This document shows positions 16,485 to 23,273 of a stretch of DNA of 24,000 nt, one piece after another. A program made the position numbers and the translations under genes. Source of the DNA: Jiangella alkaliphila. GTDB taxonomy: Bacteria > Actinomycetota > Actinomycetes > Jiangellales > Jiangellaceae. Every line of letters begins with the position of its first letter. Position 1 is the first letter of the stretch. The DNA lies in assembly GCF_900105925.1 (NCBI RefSeq), contig NZ_LT629791.1, forward strand, positions 2,057,278 to 2,081,277, given 5' to 3'. Below the pieces are notes generated by a model. That model had not been told where the DNA came from. It saw only the letters and a program-made list of their open reading frames with translations, and searched no databases.

Positions 16485-17408
16485 TCAGTAGGTGGGGATC
16501 CGCCGGCCGCCCACGACGTCGTCCGCAGCCGTCCGCACGAGGTCGTCCACGAGCGCGGCCTTGACCGCGGTCGGCAGCGCCTCGGCGTCGCGGCGCGCGA
16601 CGATGACGGCCGACGTGGTCGCGTCGTCCGCGAGCCCCTCGACCGGATGGACCGTGACCGGACTCGAGATGTGCGTGTCGATCTCGTCGAGGTTCCAGAC
16701 GGTGGCATCGACGAGGCCGTCGGCGAAGTACCTGTTCAGCTGGTTGTAGGACACCTCGACCCGCCGCTGTGGCGGCAGCCCGGGGAACACGGCGGCGGTC
16801 AGCTCGGCCTGGTCGACCGACGCCGGGTCGACGGCCACCCGCAGCTGCGGGTCGTCCGGCGTCCGGCCCTGGGCCACGACGAGGCCGTGCGCACCGACGT
16901 AGGTGTGCGGGCCGAAGTCGCGGACGACGTCCAGCTCCGGGTCGGAGAGCGCGGCGAACCGCGACATCACCGCGAAGTCGGCCCGCTCCTCCCGCAGCGC
17001 GCGCATGCGGTCGGTCGACCCGCGCACGAACATCAACGTCAGCGGCACGCCGGCCTGCTGGAACGCCGCATGCATCCCCGTCGCGAGGCCCTCGTAGCGG
17101 CGCGAGTACGGCAGCGGCATGGCGACCGAGATCGATCGGCTGCCCGCGAACTCCCAGATCAACCCGTGGTCGATGGCCGAGACGAAGGTGCCCAGCTTGC
17201 CGCGCGGGCGGATCTCGACCGCGCCGGCCTCTTCCAGTAGTGCCAGCGCCGCCTGGACGGTGCCCTTGCCGACCTGGAACCTGTCGCTGAGCTCCTGGAC
17301 GGTCGCCATCCGGTCGCCCGCCGACGCCGTCGACAGCTCGACGGCCAGCAGGTGGGCCACCGTGCCCACCTTCGACATCAGCATCTGGATGCGCGACATG
17401 GCGGGCAT
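16485..17408 (-). CDS. yhfZ: YhfZ-like transcriptional regulator (GntR-type winged HTH plus YhfZ C-terminal ligand-binding-like domain)
   Basis: N-terminal wHTH: ATVQELSDRFQVGKGTVQAALALLEEAGAVEIRPRGKLGTFV. It is the first gene of the operon. The start is ambiguous: ATG at 17408, 17399, 17384 or 17378, none with a clear SD. The promoter geometry favours a leaderless start at 17399. Confidence 0.8.
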   Translation of the reverse strand: MPAMSRIQMLMSKVGTVAHLLAVELSTASAGDRMATVQELSDRFQVGKGTVQAALALLEEAGAVEIRPRGKLGTFVSAIDHGLIWEFAGSRSISVAMPLPYSRRYEGLATGMHAAFQQAGVPLTLMFVRGSTDRMRALREERADFAVMSRFAALSDPELDVVRDFGPHTYVGAHGLVVAQGRTPDDPQLRVAVDPASVDQAELTAAVFPGLPPQRRVEVSYNQLNRYFADGLVDATVWNLDEIDTHISSPVTVHPVEGLADDATTSAVIVARRDAEALPTAVKAALVDDLVRTAADDVVGGRRIPTY

Positions 17409-17435
17409 ACTATCCAGAATTCTGGATATTGGCCA
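17407..17435 (-). promoter_or_regulatory. Candidate promoter TGGCCA-N17-TAGTAT with an embedded perfect 18-bp palindrome TATCCAGAATTCTGGATA (17411..17428), a putative operator of the yhf-like operon
   Basis: On the minus strand the -35-like TGGCCA lies at 17435..17430 and the -10-like TAGTAT at 17412..17407, 17 nt apart. The AT-rich perfect palindrome fills the spacer and overlaps the -10. The predicted TSS falls near the ATG at 17399. Confidence 0.4.
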
Positions 17436-17476
17436 GAACTAGTTCGTGGTGGCGCTGACCAGCAGCTTCGCCGTGG

Positions 17477-17923
17477 TCAGGCGGCTGCGACGCCCAGCTG
17501 ACGCAGGAAGTTGCGGTTGTCGGTGCGGACGAACTCCTCGACGAGCCGGCCCCGGTCGTCGAACCGGAAGATGTTGATGAGGTCCATCACCACGCGGGCG
17601 CCGGTGGGCTCCAGGCGGCCGGCCGGCGAGTGGGTGAACGGGCGCACGAAGGTCCCTTCGATCCACGTCTGGCAGGCGATCTGGTCGCCCTCGGCGATGA
17701 CGATCCCGCGGCGGATGCTCCGGTCGTCGAAGGCCGATCGGAGCGACCGGAAGAAGTCGGTGAGGCCCGCGTAGTCGGTGTCGAAGCCGTCCGGTCCGTG
17801 GAACGCGAAGTTCTCGGTGTCGAAGTAGGAGTCGATCTCCTCCTGGCTCGCGCCGGCGACCTCCAGCTCTCCGGCGCGGACGAGGCGCGCGACGAGTTCG
17901 TCCCGGGTGAAGTGGTGCGTCAT
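17477..17923 (-). CDS. SnoaL-like / ester cyclase family protein (NTF2-like fold)
   Basis: 148 aa. Contains FHGPDGFDTDYAGLTDFFRSLRSAFDDRSI, IAEGDQIACQTWIEGTF and PTGARVVMDLINIFRFDDRGRLVEEFVRTDNRNFLRQLG, typical of ester cyclase/SnoaL_2 proteins. AAGGA SD lies 6 nt before the ATG. Confidence 0.8.
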   Translation of the reverse strand: MTHHFTRDELVARLVRAGELEVAGASQEEIDSYFDTENFAFHGPDGFDTDYAGLTDFFRSLRSAFDDRSIRRGIVIAEGDQIACQTWIEGTFVRPFTHSPAGRLEPTGARVVMDLINIFRFDDRGRLVEEFVRTDNRNFLRQLGVAAA

Positions 17924-18039
17924 GTCGGATCCTTCTCGTTGGTGTCACCTCCAGCCTGCGTCCGGCCGAGGTATCACACAAGCGAGGATTCTCGACACCA
18001 GCCATGCTGAACGCGCATACCTGCGGCTAGGCTGCCGGG

Positions 18040-18933
18040 GTGGCGGAACTGACCCTGGTCGGCCTGCGCGTCGTCGTCGAGGTCGCGCGGGCGGGCTCCT
18101 TCAGCGCGGCCGCGGCGAGGCTGGGGTACACCCAGTCGGCGGTGTCGCGGCAGGTGGCGGTCACCGAGAAGGTCGCGGAGACGCCGCTGTTCGAGCGGCA
18201 CGCCCGCGGCGTTCGTCCGACCGCGGCCGGCGAGGCGTTGGTCCGGCACGCGAGCCGGGTGCTCGACGGCGTCGCGACGGCGACCCAGGAGCTGGCGGGC
18301 ATGCGCGACCGCCTCGTCATCGGCGGCTTCCCCACGGCCGCCGCGGTGCTGCTGCCGCGTGCCATCGCCAGGCTGACCGCGGCCCATCCCGGACTCCAGG
18401 TGCGGCTCACCGAGGCGTCGACCCCGGCGCAGCTCCTGGCGCTGCGTCGCGGACGCCTCGAGGTGGCCGTCCTCGCGACCGGCGACGGCCTCCCGGAGTA
18501 CGACCTGGACGGGCTGCGGCTCACCGAGCTGCGCGGCGGAGGCGGTGCCGGGGTCGCCGTCGCCGACACCCACCCCTTCGCGGTACGCGACCGGGTCGAG
18601 CCGGCCGAGCTGGCCGACCAGGCGTGGGTGGTCGGCGCGCGTGTGGGCGACGCGCCGGAGTTCGGCGCCTGGCCCGGCATCGCCGAACCGGTGATCTCCT
18701 TCGCCGCCCGCGACTGGCCCACCCGGCTGGGGCTCGTCGCCGCGGGTCTCGGGATCGCGCTCGTGCCCGGCCTCGCCGCCCCGGCGATGCCACGCGGCGT
18801 GCGCTGGGTCCCCGTCCGCGGCGACGGCCTCGGACGCACCGCGTGGACCGCGACGAAGCCGGACCCCAGCGCAGCCGCGCAGGCGATGGTGCGCGCCTTG
18901 GAGGAGGAGCTCGGCTCGTGGGCCACCCCCTAG
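18040..18933 (+). CDS. LysR-family transcriptional regulator
   Basis: N-terminal HTH: LRVVVEVARAGSFSAAAARLGYTQSAVSRQVAVTEKVAETPLFERHARGVRPTAAGEALV. The C-terminal substrate-binding domain is LysR-like. It is divergent from the SnoaL-like gene. GTG start. The stop TAG at 18931-18933 lies inside the left arm of the palindromic element. Confidence 0.9.
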   Translation: MAELTLVGLRVVVEVARAGSFSAAAARLGYTQSAVSRQVAVTEKVAETPLFERHARGVRPTAAGEALVRHASRVLDGVATATQELAGMRDRLVIGGFPTAAAVLLPRAIARLTAAHPGLQVRLTEASTPAQLLALRRGRLEVAVLATGDGLPEYDLDGLRLTELRGGGGAGVAVADTHPFAVRDRVEPAELADQAWVVGARVGDAPEFGAWPGIAEPVISFAARDWPTRLGLVAAGLGIALVPGLAAPAMPRGVRWVPVRGDGLGRTAWTATKPDPSAAAQAMVRALEEELGSWATP

Positions 18934-19096
18934 GGTGTGTCTCCCGAGTCTCGGCCGTAGCGAGCGGCGTCCAGGTGGATGCCTCGCAAGGCCGAGGAGG
19001 GAGTCATAGCGGTGCCTATGGCGACTGACGAGAACGCAGCGAGGCGCCGCCTGGGCGTCGCGCAGTAGGCCATGGACTTGGGAGACACACCCTAGG
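18929..19096. repeat. 168-bp imperfect palindromic element with 22-bp terminal inverted repeats (MITE-like element or long-hairpin RNA / bidirectional terminator)
   Basis: CCTAGGGTGTGTCTCCCGAGTC (18929..18950) pairs with GACTTGGGAGACACACCCTAGG (19075..19096) over 22 bp, with one G-T position. Interior segments also pair symmetrically: GGCC 18953-56 with 19068-71, CCAGG 18971-75 with CCTGG 19050-54, and GCCTCGC 18981-87 with GCGAGGC 19039-45. The apex hairpin GTCATAG-CGGTGC-CTATGGC is centred at 19012/19013. Confidence 0.7.
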
Positions 19097-19111
19097 CGCC
19101 GACCTCGCGGA

Positions 19112-19303
19112 TCAGGGCCAGTAGTCGCACCGGCTCGAGTTGTACCACCAGCCGTAGCCGCCGGTCTCGGTGTCGATCATGAAGTAGTCGTGGCCGACGC
19201 ACGTGCCTGCTTGGACGGCGTTCGCGGGAACCGTGGCGGCCACCATTCCTGCCACCGCGACGCTGATACCCACCAGGCCGCTCACGATCACTCGACGCAT
19301 CAC
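19112..19303 (-). CDS. Small secreted pre-peptide (63 aa; Sec-type signal peptide, predicted mature ~34 aa with two Cys), unknown family
   Basis: MMRRVIVSGLVGISVAVAGMVAATVPANA / VQAGTCVGHDYFMIDTETGGYGWWYNSSRCDYWP, with n-, h- and c-regions and an AxA cleavage site. A strong SD GGAGG lies 7 nt upstream of the ATG on the minus strand (GGAGGTCAAGTGATG). The amino-acid composition is unlike the off-frame artefacts. Confidence 0.6.
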   Translation of the reverse strand: MMRRVIVSGLVGISVAVAGMVAATVPANAVQAGTCVGHDYFMIDTETGGYGWWYNSSRCDYWP

Positions 19304-19440
19304 TTGACCTCCGTGTTTTCCGACATCGGACGTGACGAAGCTAGCGGCGCCCGGCGGCCGGATGGCCCACTCCGGGCCGAACCCGAACGACCCCGAACGC
19401 CGGTGTCGTTAGGATCGTGGCGGCGCCGAGGGGAGCATCG

Positions 19441-22075
19441 ATGGGCGACGGCCGCCCGCAGGCGGTGGGCCTGTGGAGTCTCGACGATCTGGCCGCCGGG
19501 ATGGCCCGGCTGCGGGTCTGGGCGGGGTCGCCGTCCTACGCGCAGATCACGCGGCGCATCGCGGAGCTCCGGGAGGCTCGCGGGGGCGGCGCGCCCGGGC
19601 CGCGTCACCGTCTACGACGCCTTCCAGCCAGGCCGCCGGCGCGTCGACGCCGAGCTCGTCGGCGACATCGTCAGCGCGCTCGGGCTGGCGGAGGGGGAGG
19701 CGCTGACGTGGCGGCTGGCCGCCGGCCGGGCGATGGGTTCGGCGCCGGACCAGCTGGCGCTCGTCGCCGAGACCGTCGCCGACGCGGTGACCGAGTTCAC
19801 CGGACGCGGACGCGAGCTGGCCGCCGTCAGATCCGCGGCATGGAACGCGGCGACCCTCATCACGGGCATGGCGGGGGTCGGCAAGACCGAGCTGGCCCTC
19901 CGGTCGGCCGCTCCGTTGCGGTCGGACCGGGCCGGGCTGAGCGCGCTGTTCGTCAATCTCCGCGGCTTCGAGCCGGACGGCGCTCCACCGCTGGCTCCGG
20001 GTGCGGTGCTGGTGAGCATCCTTCGGCTGCTCGGCGAGCGGGATCATCGCTGGCATGCGGACGACGTCGACGCGCTGATCGGGGAGTGCCGGCAGCGGTT
20101 CGCGGCCCGGCCGTACCTCGTCGTGTTCGACAACGCCGGCGATGAACGGCAGGTGGCGCCGCTGCTCGCCGCGACGACGCGCGCGCGGGTGCTGGTGACG
20201 AGCCGGCTGACCATGCCCGGCGTCGACGCCGGCCGGGCCGTACAGCGGATCGAGCTCGAGCCGTTCACCGAGGCCGAAGCCCTGGAGCTGTTCCGGCGGA
20301 CGGCCGGCGCCGCGCGGATCGACGGCGAGCGCGAGTCGGCGCTGGAGATCGTCCGGGCGCACGGGCGGTTGCCGCTGTCGCTGGGCATCACCGCCCGGCG
20401 CATCGCCGAGCGCACCGACTGGACGCTCGCCGAGCTGGCCGATCAGCTGCGGCAGCGGCTCGCGGGACTGCGGCTGGAACCGGACGTCGACGCGTCGCTG
20501 GCGCTGTCCTACCAGGGGCTGTCCGTTGACGATCAGCGGTTCCTGCGCCTGCTCGCCCTGCATCCGGCCCATCTGCTCGACGCGCCGGCGGCTGCGGCGC
20601 TGGCGGGTCAGGACGTCGCCTCGGCCGGCGAGCGACTGGCCTTCCTCGCCGACCGTCATCTGCTGCAGCGCAGTGGTCCGGAGACCTACGGCCTGCACGA
20701 CCTCGTCCGGGCCCAGCTCATCGCCGCGTCCGTCGACGAGGACCGGCCCACGGACCGGTCGGCGGCCGTGGCGCGGCTCCTCGATCACTACCGGAACGCG
20801 GCTCTCATCATGATCGCCGAACTCGGCCCACCCGATCCCGAGATGGCCGATCTGCCGCTGCTCACGGGCGACCCGTCCGCTCGCCCATGGCTGTCCGACG
20901 CTGCCCGGACGCCGGCCGGCCGCGTCGCCGCCCTGGCATGGTTGGACGCCAAGGCTGCCACGTTCGTCGCGCTGATCCAGAGCGAGCACGCTTACGAGCA
21001 CGCCAAGGCGACGGTGGCGCTGGTCCTGGTGCTCGCGCCGTATCTGCGGCTGCGGGCGGACCTTCAAGTCGTGCTCGACCTGCACCTGCGTGCGCGCGAT
21101 GCCGCTGAGCGGCACGGCGACCCCGTCGTGATCGCGTTGACCGAGCGGCAGATCGGCGGGACCTGGCTGCGGATCGGTGACCTCGCCGCCGGCCGTCAGC
21201 ACCTCACCGCGGCGGCCGACCTGTTCGCCGCGACCGATCACGACCTCGGGCTGGCCCAGGCGATCAGCTCGCTGGCGATCGTCGACGCCGAGGGCGGAGA
21301 TCATCGCAAGGCGGTCGACGGGTTCCGTGCGGCCCAGCGGATCTATCAGCGCCACGGTCTGGAGCGCGCGGTGCGGGTCGTCGCGAACAACCTGGCGGTG
21401 GCCCAGGTCCACACCGGTGAGCTGGCCGAACGTCTCGCACATTTCGAGCGCGAGATCGCCACCTGCCTCGAGAAGAGCGAGCACGACCGGGAGATCATCG
21501 CCCGCACCAACGCGGCATCGTTCTGCCTGCAGCTCGGCCGATTCGCCGAAGCCCGCGACCACGCCGAGCGCGGCCTGGCGTTGTGCCGGCAGCTCGGCGA
21601 TCGGATCGGCGAGGCCTACCTCGAGCAGAACCTGGCGGAGGCGCTTGCGGCCTCCGGCGACGTCGACGAAGCCGCCCGTCGGCTTGGGGCCGCGTTCGAG
21701 CTCGCGCAGGAGCTCGGCGACCGCGGGCTGGAGGTGCACCTGCACCGGACGGCCGGCGTGGCCGACTGCTACCGCGGCGATCTCGACGACGCCGAACGGG
21801 CGTTCACGACCGCCCGGGACATCGCCGCGGAGCTGTCCGACCAGCTCAGCGTCGCCGCCGCCGACGAAGGGCTCGCCGCCGTCGCGTGCGCCCGCGGCGA
21901 CCGCGACACTGCCCACGACCTGTGGACGCGCGCCGGTGACCGGTACCGGGCCGCCTCGCTGCCCGAGGCCGCGCGGGTCGCCGCCCACCTCGCCCGTCTC
22001 GACGCCGGCGACGACTGCGGCTGCCGGCGACCCGACAGCCCACTCGTCATCGATCGAGCCCTGACCCGAGTGTGA
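19441..22075 (+). CDS. HTH / NB-ARC (STAND P-loop NTPase) / TPR regulator-like protein with an apparent +1 frameshift near 19582..19603 (possible pseudogene or sequence error)
   Basis: Frame 1 from ATG 19441 encodes an XRE-like N-domain (LDDLAAGMARLRVWAGSPSYAQITRRIAELREARG). The sense then continues in frame 2 (RPGRVTVYDAFQPGRRRVDAELVGDIVSALGL). Walker A is GMAGVGKTELA (19865..), Walker B is YLVVFDNAGD, then RVLVTSR. The C-terminal ~350 aa consists of TPR-like repeats. Removing one G from the G5 run at 19582..19586 gives one continuous ORF of ~877 aa. Confidence 0.8.
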
Positions 22076-22114
22076 CGACGTAGCCGAACTGCCGGGCCTT
22101 CGCCCGAACGCTCC

Positions 22115-22134
22115 ATTGCGGCCGTGACCGCAAT
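22115..22134. promoter_or_regulatory. Palindrome ATTGCGG-CCGTGA-CCGCAAT followed by CGAACC; upstream copy of a paired motif (auxiliary operator or terminator hairpin of the STAND gene)
   Basis: Perfect 7-bp arms with a 6-nt spacer, 40 nt after the STAND stop codon. It has the same architecture as 22180..22199, with a compensatory G:C to C:G swap at arm position 4. Confidence 0.4.
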
Positions 22135-22152
22135 CGAACCTCACGCCAGGTC

Positions 22153-22199
22153 TTGCCAGCCGAGCGGCGAGACCCTAGCATTCCGGTCTAGACCGGAAT
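22153..22199 (+). promoter_or_regulatory. Candidate promoter TTGCCA-N17-TAGCAT overlapped by the perfect 20-bp palindrome ATTCCGGTCTAGACCGGAAT (22180..22199), a putative operator
   Basis: The -35-like TTGCCA lies at 22153..22158 and the -10-like TAGCAT at 22176..22181, with a 17-nt spacer. The palindrome covers the -10 end and the expected TSS. GGAGG at 22212-16 and ATG at 22222 follow. Confidence 0.45.
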
Positions 22200-22221
22200 C
22201 GAACCATCCATGGAGGCATCC

Positions 22222-23247
22222 ATGAACGTTCGTTCGTTGGCCGCGGCGTCAGTCCTCGTGCTGGCCGCCGGTCTCCTCCAACCCGTCGCCGCCCACGCGG
22301 CCACGTCCGTCACCTTCACTCCGCGCACGATCCTCGCGCCCGGCCTGCCGACCGCGGAGGAAGGCGGTGGCGTCGACCAGAACGTCACGCCCGTGGGCAC
22401 CATCTCGCTGACCATGACCGCGTCGCAGTCCGCGTACGTCGTCTCGAAGATGCGCGTCAACAGCGCGACCATCCGCAGCCTGTTCGACAACGAGGTCGTC
22501 TGCTCCGGACGGGGAGCCTGGAGCAAGAACATGGTGATCGGCCAGAACGTGTACGACATCCATTCGGGCTCGCCGAACCAGGACGTGACGCTCTACACCC
22601 GGTTCCTCATCCACCCCGGGGTCGCCGGCACCGTCACCTGCACCGCCAACGTGCGCGGCAACTCGCTCAGCAACGACGACGCCACGTACCGCTTGGTCAG
22701 CGGCTACATCCAGTTCGCCGACACGTCGGTCATCAACAACCCGCTCAACGGCAAGCCGGTGCAGGGCAGTGTCAGCGCCGGGGTGCACCGCCTCAACGCC
22801 GGCACCCCCGTACAGCGGCTGCCCGCGCTCGACGACTTCACCATGCCGTCCGGAGTGACGAACCTGAACGTGGTGGGCGACGCCGAGCTGATGGTGTGCG
22901 TGCCGAGCACGCCGTGCGACCGGTACCAGTCCGCGCAGGTGAAGTTCACTCTGTTCATCAACCAGTGGAGGTCGGACGGCACCTTGTGCAAGACCGACGC
23001 CAGCATCCAGGTCACGCACGACGTGCCGTACTGGGTGCACCACAAGTACGTGCCGTTGAACAAGGCCGACTTCACCGTCAGCGACGCACCCGGGTGCATT
23101 CCCCGCTTCAACGCCTATGTGAAGGCCGAATGGCTGGGCGGTGAGACCGCCGGCATCCAGGGGACGGCGCTCGACCTGCCCGACTCCCGCGGCTCGAGCA
23201 GCACGCACGACTCCGACATGAGCCACGCCTTCGTCCTGCCGTCGTGA
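22222..23247 (+). CDS. Secreted protein of unknown function (signal peptide; six Cys; beta-rich; no family recognised)
   Basis: MNVRSLAAASVLVLAAGLLQPVAAHA / ATSVTF... has a Sec signal with an AxA site. GGAGG lies 5 nt upstream of ATG 22222; the listed start at 22210 is less likely. Six Cys are consistent with disulfides. The composition is rich in N, S, T and V. Confidence 0.75.
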   Translation: MNVRSLAAASVLVLAAGLLQPVAAHAATSVTFTPRTILAPGLPTAEEGGGVDQNVTPVGTISLTMTASQSAYVVSKMRVNSATIRSLFDNEVVCSGRGAWSKNMVIGQNVYDIHSGSPNQDVTLYTRFLIHPGVAGTVTCTANVRGNSLSNDDATYRLVSGYIQFADTSVINNPLNGKPVQGSVSAGVHRLNAGTPVQRLPALDDFTMPSGVTNLNVVGDAELMVCVPSTPCDRYQSAQVKFTLFINQWRSDGTLCKTDASIQVTHDVPYWVHHKYVPLNKADFTVSDAPGCIPRFNAYVKAEWLGGETAGIQGTALDLPDSRGSSSTHDSDMSHAFVLPS

Positions 23248-23273
23248 TCGTCCCAGAGGAAGGGTGCACGCGC

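Noticed and set aside
17940-18000. Possible LysR box ATC-N11-GAT (17973..17989) and a 7-bp inverted repeat TGGTGTC/GACACCA (17940..17946 and 17994..18000) in the SnoaL/LysR divergent region
   Set aside because: The spacing corresponds to T-N13-A rather than the canonical T-N11-A. The 7-bp arms are 47 nt apart. Both are plausible by chance.
19018-19068. 16-codon micro-ORF (MATDENAARRRLGVAQ) inside the palindromic element
   Set aside because: The GGAGGG upstream is ~16 nt away, which is too far. The ORF lies inside predicted stem structure, and there is no independent support.
19190-19440. 5' part of the listed 961-aa STAND ORF starting at 19190
   Set aside because: It would overlap the small-peptide gene on the opposite strand, and its sequence is nonsense (HHSCHRDADTHQAAHDH..., WPPGWPGCGSGRGRR). 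The genuine N-domain is in another frame from 19441.
19547-22144. 865-aa minus-strand ORF antisense to the STAND gene
   Set aside because: It is low-complexity sequence rich in Arg, Gly and Pro. The plus strand has Walker A/B and TPR repeats, so this is an artefact.
22128-22205. tRNA T-loop-like motif: the minus strand reads GGTTCGATTGCGG and GGTTCGATTCCGG (possible tRNA gene or att-site remnant)
   Set aside because: The flanking bases do not form a 5-bp T-stem (GATGG versus CCGGT, TGAGG versus GCGGT). No acceptor or anticodon arms can be built, so this is not a tRNA. The remnant idea remains unproven.
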